32,000 nt of DNA. It comes from Candidatus Saccharimonadota bacterium. GTDB taxonomy: Bacteria; Bacillota_I; Bacilli_A; Mycoplasmatales; Hepatoplasmataceae. The translations under genes and the position numbers were made by a program. Positions within the stretch are counted from its first letter, which is position 1, and the number at the start of each line of letters is the position of its first letter. The stretch is from assembly GCA_027925325.1 (NCBI GenBank), contig AP027133.1:570001-602000 (forward strand), given 5' to 3'. A model generated the notes under the pieces. It was not told where the DNA came from and did no database searches. It was given only the letters and a program-made list of their open reading frames with translations. Below are positions 20,091 through 29,389 of the stretch, in pieces.

Positions 20091-21023
20091 TTAAGAATAT
20101 TTATTAAAAAAGTCCAAACTTAAAAGATATTTTTCTTTTAAAGTAAAAACATCTTTTATTATTTCTAATAATTTTCCTTCTGTAATTTTTCTAATATAAA
20201 ATTCACTTTTTAATTGATCTTTCAAATTATTAATATTTATAATAATGAGTTCATCCGAAATATTTTTTTTAAGATGTGGATTTAAAATCTTAAGAACATA
20301 TTGATAAATTCCTACTTGTCTTCAATAATCAAAATTATTCCCCTCTGATGAGGTTTTAAGGTCACAAACATGAATCATTTTTGTATCCTTATTTATAAGT
20401 AAAAAATCAATTTCTCCCATAAAAATTCCATCAGGATGATAAAATTTTAAATTATGTCCAATTACAACAAAATTTTTCTGATCCAAATAATTAATAAATT
20501 CTAAAACTTCTGTTGATTGTGTTGAAATTAAGATATCTTCTTCATTTTCTAAATAATCAACAATTTCTCTTTCGATATTTTTTCCATAATCAATCGATTC
20601 TTGCAGTTTTATTTTTCCAAGTATTTTAAGTGTTTGACTATAAATTGTTTGCTTAGTAAACATCTTTACTTGATCTTTAATTAATTTTAATTCATATAAA
20701 ACTCTTTTACCTTTTTCAGAATTTCAATTAATTCAATTTCAACCAAATTCATTTACCATTTTATCTAAATCTACATTAAATTCTTTTTCTTTTTTAATTT
20801 GTTTTAATTTATATTCTCCTAAAAGAGGGAGAATATAAGGTTCGTTAAATTTATTCAAAAATTCTGATAAATTAGTATTACTTGGAACACTTAAAAATTC
20901 ATTATTTTGTTCAAGATAATAAAAATCTAAATTTTTATATGGTTGATATAATTTAGTTTTTTTAATTAATTTAAGTTTAATTTTTTGCTGTAATTCTGGA
21001 TAATAATAACGAAAATTTTTCAT
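20091..21023 (-). CDS. RecB/Cas4-like PD-(D/E)xK nuclease-family protein without Cys cluster, 310 aa
   Basis: ORFs 20739..21023 and 20322..20663 are in the same frame and continue through TGA (20739, 20733, 20724, 20322) to TAA at 20091-20093. Motifs in order: GEIDFLLIN, VCDLKTS (DxK), QVGIYQY (QxxxY). The ATG abuts the rsmI stop (TAAATG). Confidence 0.7.
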
Positions 21024-21857
21024 TTATTTTATTTTCTTCTCTTGTTTTAATAGATTATATAATTGATTTTTTTTAATTTTACTATCAAATAAATTATAAA
21101 TCTTTAAAATTTGTTGATCTTTTAAATTTAAATTTTGTAAAAAATTTAATCTTTTTTTAATTCTATCTAAATCTTTTTCAATATTTAAAATATTTTTTGT
21201 CGGTAAAATGACAACAAATTCCCCTTTTAGGTTTTTTTGATTTAAGAGATCTTTGATTGTTGATTTTTTTATCTCTTCAAATTTTTTTGTAAGTTCTCTT
21301 GCAATTATAATTTCTGTGTCCTCTTGATAATATTTTGAAATCAAATTTAAAGTATCAACTATTCTTTTTGGCGATTCATAAAATATAATTAAATCAATGA
21401 AATTTTTCAAATTTTCAAGCTGTAAAATCAATTTTTCTTCTTTACGGTCAATAAAACCAATAAAAGCAAAAGAATTAAAAATTATTCCACTTCCACTCAA
21501 AGCGGTAGTAATTGCACTAGGACCAGGAATTGGAATAACCTCTATATTTTTTGTTTTTAAATAATTAACTGTGAATTGCCCGGGATCAGAAATTAATGGA
21601 GTTCCGGCATCTGTAATTAATGCACAATCTCCTTCTAATAATTTTTGATAAACCAATTCTTTTATTTTAATTTCATTAAATTTATGTAAAGAATATAATT
21701 TAGAATTTTTTATCTGATAAAAATTTAATAATTTTTGTGAATTTAAAGTATTTTCACAAAAAATAAATTTAACTTTTTTTAAAATTTCTAAAGCACGTAA
21801 TGAAATATCAGAAAGATTACCAATCGGGGTTGCAATTACATAAAATTTATTGCTCAT
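21024..21857 (-). CDS. rsmI: 16S rRNA (cytidine1402-2'-O)-methyltransferase RsmI, 277 aa
   Basis: Intact ORF. FYVIATPIGNLSDISLRALEIL and ITDAGTPLISDPG are typical of the RsmI/tetrapyrrole-methylase fold. Confidence 0.93.
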   Translation of the reverse strand: MSNKFYVIATPIGNLSDISLRALEILKKVKFIFCENTLNSQKLLNFYQIKNSKLYSLHKFNEIKIKELVYQKLLEGDCALITDAGTPLISDPGQFTVNYLKTKNIEVIPIPGPSAITTALSGSGIIFNSFAFIGFIDRKEEKLILQLENLKNFIDLIIFYESPKRIVDTLNLISKYYQEDTEIIIARELTKKFEEIKKSTIKDLLNQKNLKGEFVVILPTKNILNIEKDLDRIKKRLNFLQNLNLKDQQILKIYNLFDSKIKKNQLYNLLKQEKKIK

Positions 21858-22371
21858 TTTGCCCTTCTAAATTAAAATAATTATTTATTAAAAAATTAAA
21901 AAAAATCTCATTTTCAATAATATTTGTATTTATCGCTAAATTAATTAGTTTTTGCTCTTTTAAAGAAATTTTTGTCAATAAAAAGCAATTTATTAATTGT
22001 CTTGTATATTCATCAGCTTGCAAAAAAGTATTTTTTATTTTAATTAAATCTTTACTTAAAAATAAACTTTTAAATTGATCATTTATTTTGAAATTACTAA
22101 AATTAAATTTACGATTTTTTAAATAAGATAAAATAAATTCTAAATTACGATTTCATCTAAAATAACTAATTTTAAATTCTTGATCAATTTTCTGTAATTT
22201 TAAAAATAAAAAAACTAATTTTTTAAGATTACGATAATTTCATTTATCGATATTTTCAATTATCTTTCAATTTAAAATTAATAACTCTTTTTCTTCTGTT
22301 TCAATAAATAATTCTTCTTTATTAAAATCATCTAATTTTTCATTAATTTGTTTTTCAATTAAAATTTTCAT
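21847..22371 (-). CDS. hypothetical protein, 174 aa, occupying the tmk-holB-...-rsmI slot
   Basis: ATG at 22369-22371. The whole frame was walked by hand: three TGA (22267, 22240, 22153) and no TAA/TAG until 21847-21849, overlapping the rsmI start by 11 nt. No Walker or AAA+ motif seen. Confidence 0.5.
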
Positions 22372-22381
22372 TTTTAAAAGT

Positions 22382-23008
22382 TTATTTTAAGTCCTTTATT
22401 ATTATTTCAACTATTTCATTTACTTTTTTATTTCCATCAATTATCAAAAATCTCTTATTTTCTTTTTTTGCTAATTGTAAATATCTTTTACGAATTTGCT
22501 GATGAAAATTTAAATCATAATTATCAAATTTATTTGTTGTTCGCTTATTTTTAATAATTCGTTTTCGTGCGATTTTAGGATCTAAATCAATTAAATATGT
22601 TCTCTTAGGATTTACATCTAAAGTTGCTAATTTACTTGTTATAATAATATCTTGATCTTTTACTCCTTTTAATCCTTGATAAACAAAAGTGGAATCAGTA
22701 AAACGATCACAAATTACAATTTTATTGTTTTTTAAATTGGGAATTATAAATTTTTGAATATGCTCCGCTCGATTTGCCTGCAATAAAAATAATTCTGTAA
22801 TCGGAAGAATATCATAATTGACAATTAAATCTCTTGTTTTTAAAAGAAATTCATTACCTGAATTCCCTGGTTCTCTTGTAAAAATAACTTCTTTATTTTT
22901 TAAAAAATATTTATCATCTTTTAAAAAAATTTTTTTTAATTCATCAATAATTGTTGTTTTTCCTGCACCGTCAATTCCTTCAATTGTGACAAAATTTTTA
23001 TTTCCCAT
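22382..23008 (-). CDS. tmk: thymidylate kinase, 208 aa
   Basis: Intact ORF. FVTIEGIDGAGKTT P-loop, DRFTDST. 1 nt overlap with the recR stop (TAATG). Confidence 0.95.
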   Translation of the reverse strand: MGNKNFVTIEGIDGAGKTTIIDELKKIFLKDDKYFLKNKEVIFTREPGNSGNEFLLKTRDLIVNYDILPITELFLLQANRAEHIQKFIIPNLKNNKIVICDRFTDSTFVYQGLKGVKDQDIIITSKLATLDVNPKRTYLIDLDPKIARKRIIKNKRTTNKFDNYDLNFHQQIRKRYLQLAKKENKRFLIIDGNKKVNEIVEIIIKDLK

Positions 23009-23604
23009 TATATTTCCTCTTGATTTTCAAAAACATATTTCATCGTATCTTCATTTAAATAACTTATATTTAAATCTTTCGGAACCCCTAATTTTATTTT
23101 TGAAAATAAAAATTTTCGTTCCTTAAAGCCTTCTTGTAATTCTTTTTTAAAAACTCTGATAATAATTTCACTTTCAATTGAAGGAGGTGTAAGAAAACTT
23201 ATTTTTAAAATTTTTTCATTTTGATGTAAAAAATCTTTTAATCTCAATATAACATTATTTAAATTATTATTATTTAAATAATCACTCTTGTGATTAAAAT
23301 TTAAATTAAATATTTTTATTGTTTGATTTTGATATAAATCATAAATTTTAAAATAATCATTTAAATTTTCAACAATATAAATAAAATCATTACTCAATTT
23401 ACAGTTAATACATTCTTTTCCTTCATAAAAAGTTTTACATAAATTGCAAAAATTAATATTATCTAAAAGATTTATAATTTTAGTTAATTTTTTTAAATTT
23501 TCTTCTTTATCTTTAATAAATTCAATCGCTAATCTTTGAGCTTGTTTTGGTCCTATTGAAGATAATAAATTCAATTCATTAATTAAAATATTTAAATTTT
23601 TCAT
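23008..23604 (-). CDS. recR: recombination protein RecR (divergent Toprim half), 198 aa
   Basis: HhH IGPKQAQRLA, zinc finger CNLCKTFYEGKECINC, IYIVEN, C-terminal KLGVPKDLNISYLNEDT. Confidence 0.88.
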   Translation of the reverse strand: MKNLNILINELNLLSSIGPKQAQRLAIEFIKDKEENLKKLTKIINLLDNINFCNLCKTFYEGKECINCKLSNDFIYIVENLNDYFKIYDLYQNQTIKIFNLNFNHKSDYLNNNNLNNVILRLKDFLHQNEKILKISFLTPPSIESEIIIRVFKKELQEGFKERKFLFSKIKLGVPKDLNISYLNEDTMKYVFENQEEI

Positions 23605-23611
23605 TTTTTAA

Positions 23612-25450
23612 TTATGTATTAACTATTTCTAATTTGTCGCCAAAAATTCTCTTATATTTATCAATAATCTCTTGATTTACAATTTGATCAATTTTAATTT
23701 TTTCCGTAACTTTTTTATCTTCTGAACGAAGTTTTTTATAAACTAAATTTAATTTATTCCAATCTGCAGAAAGAATTGGAAGTAAAATTACTTTTTCACC
23801 AAATAATTCTTTAATAAAAGATAAAAAATTTTCTTCAAGTGAAAAGTTTTTAAAAATAGTATATTGTTGTGAATTTGGCAATCCAAAAATAATAATTGAA
23901 TCTTTAGAAGAAACAAGAATTTTTCCTTCTAATAGACAAGAAACATATTCCTTTATTGATTTTTTATTAATATAAGAAGAAAGATAATTAAATCGATCAA
24001 TAAATTTCTTTGTTTTTTTCTTGTCAAATTCAAAAAGAACGGTAAGATAATGTTTAATATTTACAAAATCAGTAATTACATTTTTCTCATTTTTACCTTC
24101 AGTAATCTTAATTTTTCTAATTGCAAAATCAGTATTTAAATTATTAAATTCACTTTCGATAATAAAACTTTCAATCTCCTCAGTTTTTGCATTTTCAATC
24201 TCTTGTTCCGAAATTGAAGTATCTTCTTCTGCAAGCAAATTTTTTTCAACTTTTTCAGAATCAGAAATTTCTTCTTCAAATTTTTCTTCTTCTAATTTAT
24301 TTTCGCTAAGTAAATCAGATTTTTGATCATCAATTTCTTCTTCAATTGATTTTTCTTCTTCAATTGATTTTTCTTCTTCTATAAAATTTAAATTACTTTC
24401 TTCATCATTTTTTCTATCAATATATTCTGCTTCTTTAACTGATTGATCTTCATTAACTTCATTATCAGATTCAGAATTATCCTTAACAATAAAAATATTT
24501 ATTAAAGATAATTTAAGTAAATAAGGATCTTTTACATTTATTGATAAATTTATAAGATTATTTAATAATTTTTGGTATTTTAAATTACCTTCTAAAATAT
24601 TATCTGTAAGATAATTTATTAAAACTAATAAAAAATTTTTAAAATCAACTTCCGATTTTTGAATAAAAGAGAGCATTTTCTTATTATCTTTTAAATAGTC
24701 TTTTAAAAGATGATTGGGTAATATTCCTAAGATTTTTGTAATTTTTTCCTCATTTAAATCTTTTGAATAAAGAAAAATAGTTTCAAGATAAGATATCGCA
24801 TCTCTTAATGAACCATTTGCGATTTTTGCGACATATTTTAAACTATCATCAGAAATATTGGCTTCTTCAGCTTCTGCAATTTCTGTAATTTTTGCAAGAA
24901 TCTCTTTCTCATTTAATGTTTCTAAATTTAAAATTATCAAACGAGAAAGAACTGTTTCTGGAATTTTATTAATTTCAGTAGTTGCAAGCAAAAAAATTGT
25001 TTTTTCAGGCGGTTCTTCTAATGTTTTAAGTAAAGCATTAAAAGCTGACTTTGAAAGCATATGAATTTCATCAATAATATAAACCTTATAAAAAGATTTT
25101 GTCGTTGCATAATTAGATTTATCTTTAATATCCCTAATCTCATCGACACCATTATTTGAAGCCGCATCTATTTCAATTACATCAAAACTTGAAAAACTAT
25201 TAATTTCATTACAAGAATCACAATTATTACAAGGATTATATGATTTACTATCTCTTTCCTTACAATTAATCGCTTTTGCAAAAATTCTTGCTAGTGTTGT
25301 CTTTCCGACCCCTCTTATTCCATAGAAAAGATAACCATGATTAATTTTATTTTCTAAAATTGAATTTATTAAGATTTGTTTTACAATTTTCTGTCCACAA
25401 ACTTGATCAAAGTTTTTGGGACGATATTTAATATATAAAGAATTTGTCAT
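23612..25450 (-). CDS. dnaX: DNA polymerase III subunit gamma/tau, 612 aa
   Basis: Intact ORF. YRPKNFDQVCGQ, GIRGVGKTTLARIFAKAINC, Cys cluster CNNCDSC, IIDEIHMLS, SRL. Confidence 0.95.
   Translation of the reverse strand: MTNSLYIKYRPKNFDQVCGQKIVKQILINSILENKINHGYLFYGIRGVGKTTLARIFAKAINCKERDSKSYNPCNNCDSCNEINSFSSFDVIEIDAASNNGVDEIRDIKDKSNYATTKSFYKVYIIDEIHMLSKSAFNALLKTLEEPPEKTIFLLATTEINKIPETVLSRLIILNLETLNEKEILAKITEIAEAEEANISDDSLKYVAKIANGSLRDAISYLETIFLYSKDLNEEKITKILGILPNHLLKDYLKDNKKMLSFIQKSEVDFKNFLLVLINYLTDNILEGNLKYQKLLNNLINLSINVKDPYLLKLSLINIFIVKDNSESDNEVNEDQSVKEAEYIDRKNDEESNLNFIEEEKSIEEEKSIEEEIDDQKSDLLSENKLEEEKFEEEISDSEKVEKNLLAEEDTSISEQEIENAKTEEIESFIIESEFNNLNTDFAIRKIKITEGKNEKNVITDFVNIKHYLTVLFEFDKKKTKKFIDRFNYLSSYINKKSIKEYVSCLLEGKILVSSKDSIIIFGLPNSQQYTIFKNFSLEENFLSFIKELFGEKVILLPILSADWNKLNLVYKKLRSEDKKVTEKIKIDQIVNQEIIDKYKRIFGDKLEIVNT
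24343..24378. repeat. perfect 2 x 18 bp tandem duplication inside dnaX (encodes EEKSIE x2)
   Basis: caattgatttttcttctt at 24343-24360 is repeated exactly at 24361-24378; a partial third copy lies at 24331-24342. Confidence 0.9.
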
Positions 25451-25530
25451 TTTTACTCATATTATTATTTAAATATATTAGTTATTATAAAACTTTTATT
25501 AATTAATAATTAATAAAAGTAAATAAAAAA

Positions 25531-25606
25531 AGTCGCACATGACACTTCTCGACGTGGCTGCTTTGTTTCCAACCTGACCAGGTTACAAGGTTATCATTGC
25601 GACAAT
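25531..25606 (-). ncRNA. ffs: signal recognition particle RNA (small 4.5S/scRNA type)
   Basis: The only GC-rich non-coding island. The minus strand reads UUGUCGCAAUGAUAACCUUGUAACCUGGUCAGGUUGGAAACAAAGCAGCCACGUCGAGAAGUGUCAUGUGCGAC followed by a U-run. It contains the domain IV core GGUCAGG...GGAA...AGCAGCC, and the terminal GUCGCA/UGCGAC pairing closes the hairpin. Its position just upstream of dnaX matches Firmicutes. Confidence 0.85.
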
Positions 25607-25610
25607 AGAA

Positions 25611-25619
25611 ATTATAACA
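25611..25619 (-). promoter_or_regulatory. candidate extended -10 (TGTTATAAT) for ffs
   Basis: The reverse complement of 25611-25619 is TGTTATAAT. It ends 5-7 nt before the first paired nucleotides of the SRP RNA hairpin. Confidence 0.45.
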
Positions 25620-25628
25620 TTATTTAAT

Positions 25629-26873
25629 TTAGAATTTTTCAAAATCAAGATATTTTTTAAGAGCTTTAGGTACTATTATTGATCCATCTTTTTGATAATA
25701 ATTTTCAACAATTGCCGCAAATAAACGATCAATTGCAAGAGCAGAACCATTATAAGTATAGACAAATTCTTTTTGTCTATTTTCTTGATCAATTAATACC
25801 CTCGCATTCATTCTTTTTGCTTGAAAATCACCGATGAAAGAAAGGGAAGAAATTTCGCGATATCTTTTTTGCCCTGGAAATCAAATTTCAAAATCAATTG
25901 TTTTCTGACTTGCAAAAGATAAATCACCACTACAAAGATTAACCAAACGATAAGAGATTTCAAATTGATCTAATAAATCCTCAATTAAAGAAATCATCTC
26001 CTTAAAATCATTTTCAGAGTGATCTTTTAGACCGATCTTTACAATTTCAACCTTTCGAAATTGATGTAAACGAATAATTCCTTTTGTATCTTTTCCCGCT
26101 GATGCTGCTTCTTTTCGAAAACAATTTGTAAGTGCAAAATACTTTAAAGGTAATTGTTCTTTTTTCAAAATTTTATTATAGACTAAATTGGTAAGAGAAA
26201 CTTCTGCTGTCGGAATTAAAAATTGTTTATTTGTAAGTTCAAATAATTCATCTCTAAATTTTGGTAATTGAGCGGTATTGTAAAGCATTCGCTCATTTAC
26301 AATCACCGGACAATCAATCATTGTATATTTTTTTTGCAAATTAAAATCAAGCATAAATCTTTCTAAAGCAAAAATCATCAATGCTGCTTCATTTTGATAA
26401 ATAACATGTCTTCTTCCAGATAGAGAAATTGCTTCTTTTTCTAAAATTAAATTTTTCTTTTTTAAAATATCTAAATGAAAAAGAGAATCCTTTTTATGAT
26501 TATTTTTTTCTACTGTTTTTAAGACAATATTTTCCTTTTCACCATTACCGATCGGAACATCATTAAGAGGAATATTAGGAAATAAACTAACAAGTTCTTT
26601 TATTTTTGCTAAATCAAGTTTATTTTTATCAGAAATTATTTTTATTTCATTTGAAAGAATTTTGGCATCATTTTTTAAATTAAAATTACCGATTATTTTT
26701 TTTGATAAGTTATTTAATTTATTTCTTTTTTGTTCTTCAATTATTAAATTATCAGCGTATTTTTGGTAGATTTTAATAAAGGCATTAAAGTCTTTTTTAT
26801 TAAAATCACTTTTTTTAGATAAATTTTTTAGATAAAAATCTTTATTATTAATTAATTCTTTTAAATTAAACAT
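25629..26873 (-). CDS. serS: seryl-tRNA synthetase, 414 aa
   Basis: ORFs 25881..26873 and 25629..25811 are joined by TGA at 25881-25883 (FEI-W-FPG). Class II motif 2: FRKEAASAGKDTKGIIRLHQFRKVE. Confidence 0.95.
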
Positions 26874-26875
26874 AA

Positions 26876-29371
26876 TTAAATATTTTGTTTGTTAATTTGT
26901 TCTCCTTCATTTTTTGCTTCAATATCTCTAATAATTGTAATTCCTGTAATTTTATTATCATCTCTTAATTTAATTGTTGCAACGCCTTTTGCTGTTCTTT
27001 TAAATTGTGATATCCCACTTATATTTGTTCTAATTACCGTTCCATTTTCTTTAATTATCATTAAATCTTCTGTTTCTTTTACTGTTTTTAAACCGATTAA
27101 ACGACCTGCTTTTTCGATATTTAATGTTTTCACACCATTTGCTCCACGTTTTGTTAAACGATACTCATTAATATCAGATAATTTAGCAAAACCACGTTCG
27201 GAAATTGAAAGAATCAAATTACCATTATTTGATGTCGCAAAACCACAAACATATCCACCTGATAAATTAATTCCTTTTACTCCCTGTGTTACTCTTCCCA
27301 TTCTGCGTAATTGATTAGATTTAAATCTTACCGCTCTTCCAGCATGATTTCCGATAATAACATCAACATCTTGTTCTTTTGGAATCTTTGTAACCCCGAT
27401 TAAACTATCATCTTCAACAAGTTTTAATGCTTTCTTACCACTAATATTAATTCTTGAAAATTCTTCTGCAGATGTTTTTTTAACAAGTCCTCGTTTAGTA
27501 AAGAAAAGAAAATCATATTTTTGATAATCGTCAATCGCAACAATGTCCTCAACTTTTTCACCATGATTATCATCGATATTTTTAATAATATTAACAATCG
27601 GAATTCCTTTTGCATTTTTACTATACTTTCTTATCTCGTATCCTTTTAAACGGTAAACCTTACCAAAAGAGGTAAAAAATAACAGATCTAAATGTGTATT
27701 TGCAAAAGTGATCGTTGAAATAAAATCATGATCACTTGTTCTTGCCCCTTTAGAACCGGTTCCGCCTCTTTTTTGTACATTATATTCATCAACTTCTAAT
27801 CTTTTAACATAACCTTTATTGGAAAGGGTAATAATAATATCTTTTTTTTCAATCAAACTTTCATCGGTGATATTTGTATAATTTTGCGAAGAAATTTCAG
27901 TAAGTCTTTTATCACCATATTTTTCTTTTATCTCATTAAATAAATTAATCAATTCTTTTTGTTGGCGCGATTTTGATGAAATAATATCTTTTAAATCCTT
28001 AATTTCTAAATTAATTTTTTGATATTCTTGATTTAAATTCTCAATTTCAAGGCCTGTCAATCTTTGCAAACGCATTTCTAAAATTGCCTTTGCTTGTTTT
28101 TCATTTATTGATAATTTTTGTTTTAAATTAAAAATTGCAATCTCTCCCGTTTTTGAATTTTTAATCGTTTTAATAACATTATCAATATCACTTAATGCTT
28201 TTTTAAGTGCTTCCAAAATCTCTAAACGATCAAGTGCTTTTGTCAATAAAAAATCTGATTTATTTAATAAAACTTCTAATTGATGAGCAATATAAACCTC
28301 TAATAATTCTTTCAAATTAAATAATTTAGGACGGTTATTTTTCAAAGCCAAAAGATTTACAGCAAAAGAAGATTGTAATTGTGTTAATTTATAAAGCTTA
28401 TTTACTTCAACTTTGATATCGGCATATTTTTTAAATTTAATAACAATTCTTATTCCCTCACGATTTGATTCATCGCGTAAATCACTAATTGAATTAATTT
28501 GATTATTCTTAACAAGATCGGCTATTTTTTCAATTAAAACCGATTTATTAATCATATAGGGAATTTCAGTCACAATTGCTTCATCTTTTGCTTCGTTTAT
28601 TTCAATTTTAGAACGAATTACAATGCGGCCGTGGCCGGTTTGGTAAACATTTAATAAATCATCCTTATTTACAATTATTCCACCTGTCGGAAAATCAGGA
28701 CCTTTGATTGTTTCGAGTAAATTATGAATTTCAATTGTTGGGTTATTTAATAATAAAATAACAGCATTTAAGATCTCTTTAATATTATGAGGAGGAATTG
28801 ATGTTGCCATCCCAACAGCAATTCCTGTTGATCCATTTAATAGTAAATTAGGAATCTTGCTTGGTAAAACAACCGGTTCTGTCTCTGATCCATCATAATT
28901 TTCTTGAAAAAAAACGGTTTTTTTATTGATATCATCAAGCATTAAAGTAGAAATCTTGGCTAATTTGGCTTCGGTATATCGCATTGCAGCTGCTGAATCA
29001 CCATCAATTGAACCAAAATTTCCTTGTCCTTTAACAAGCGGATAGCGAAGAGAAAAAGACTGTGCCATTCGAACAAGCGAATCATAAACAGCGACATCAC
29101 CATGTGGATGATATTTTGCGATAACTTCTCCGACAGCACGAGCTGATTTTTTAAATGATTTATTATAATTCATATCAAGCCCATACATCGCATACAAAAT
29201 TCGACGATGGACCGGTTTTAAACCATCTCGAGCATCAGGAATAGCACGAGAAACGATCACAGACATCGCATAATCAATAAAAGAAGTCTCCATTTCCTTT
29301 ACGATTGAGATAGTTTCAATATTTTGATTATCTTGTTCTTTTTTTAATAAATCATTTTGATTTTCCATCAT
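26876..29371 (-). CDS. gyrA: DNA gyrase subunit A, 831 aa
   Basis: Intact [31 protein letters not shown], active-site region AAMRYTE, C-terminal beta-pinwheel repeats. SD AAGGA in the 18 nt gap after gyrB. Confidence 0.98.
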   Translation of the reverse strand: MMENQNDLLKKEQDNQNIETISIVKEMETSFIDYAMSVIVSRAIPDARDGLKPVHRRILYAMYGLDMNYNKSFKKSARAVGEVIAKYHPHGDVAVYDSLVRMAQSFSLRYPLVKGQGNFGSIDGDSAAAMRYTEAKLAKISTLMLDDINKKTVFFQENYDGSETEPVVLPSKIPNLLLNGSTGIAVGMATSIPPHNIKEILNAVILLLNNPTIEIHNLLETIKGPDFPTGGIIVNKDDLLNVYQTGHGRIVIRSKIEINEAKDEAIVTEIPYMINKSVLIEKIADLVKNNQINSISDLRDESNREGIRIVIKFKKYADIKVEVNKLYKLTQLQSSFAVNLLALKNNRPKLFNLKELLEVYIAHQLEVLLNKSDFLLTKALDRLEILEALKKALSDIDNVIKTIKNSKTGEIAIFNLKQKLSINEKQAKAILEMRLQRLTGLEIENLNQEYQKINLEIKDLKDIISSKSRQQKELINLFNEIKEKYGDKRLTEISSQNYTNITDESLIEKKDIIITLSNKGYVKRLEVDEYNVQKRGGTGSKGARTSDHDFISTITFANTHLDLLFFTSFGKVYRLKGYEIRKYSKNAKGIPIVNIIKNIDDNHGEKVEDIVAIDDYQKYDFLFFTKRGLVKKTSAEEFSRINISGKKALKLVEDDSLIGVTKIPKEQDVDVIIGNHAGRAVRFKSNQLRRMGRVTQGVKGINLSGGYVCGFATSNNGNLILSISERGFAKLSDINEYRLTKRGANGVKTLNIEKAGRLIGLKTVKETEDLMIIKENGTVIRTNISGISQFKRTAKGVATIKLRDDNKITGITIIRDIEAKNEGEQINKQNI

Positions 29372-29389
29372 TTTTTTCCTTATCTTAAT

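Noticed and set aside
20265-20285. DnaA-box-like sequence (atgtggattt) and proximity to recF-gyrB suggesting oriC in the window
   Set aside because: It is a single imperfect match inside a coding region. There is no cluster of boxes or AT-rich unwinding element in an intergenic spacer, and dnaA/dnaN would lie beyond the right edge.
23612-25450. Programmed ribosomal frameshift or slippery site producing a short gamma form of DnaX
   Set aside because: A-runs are everywhere in this composition. I could not identify a specific slippery heptamer followed by a structure, so there is no support for the claim.
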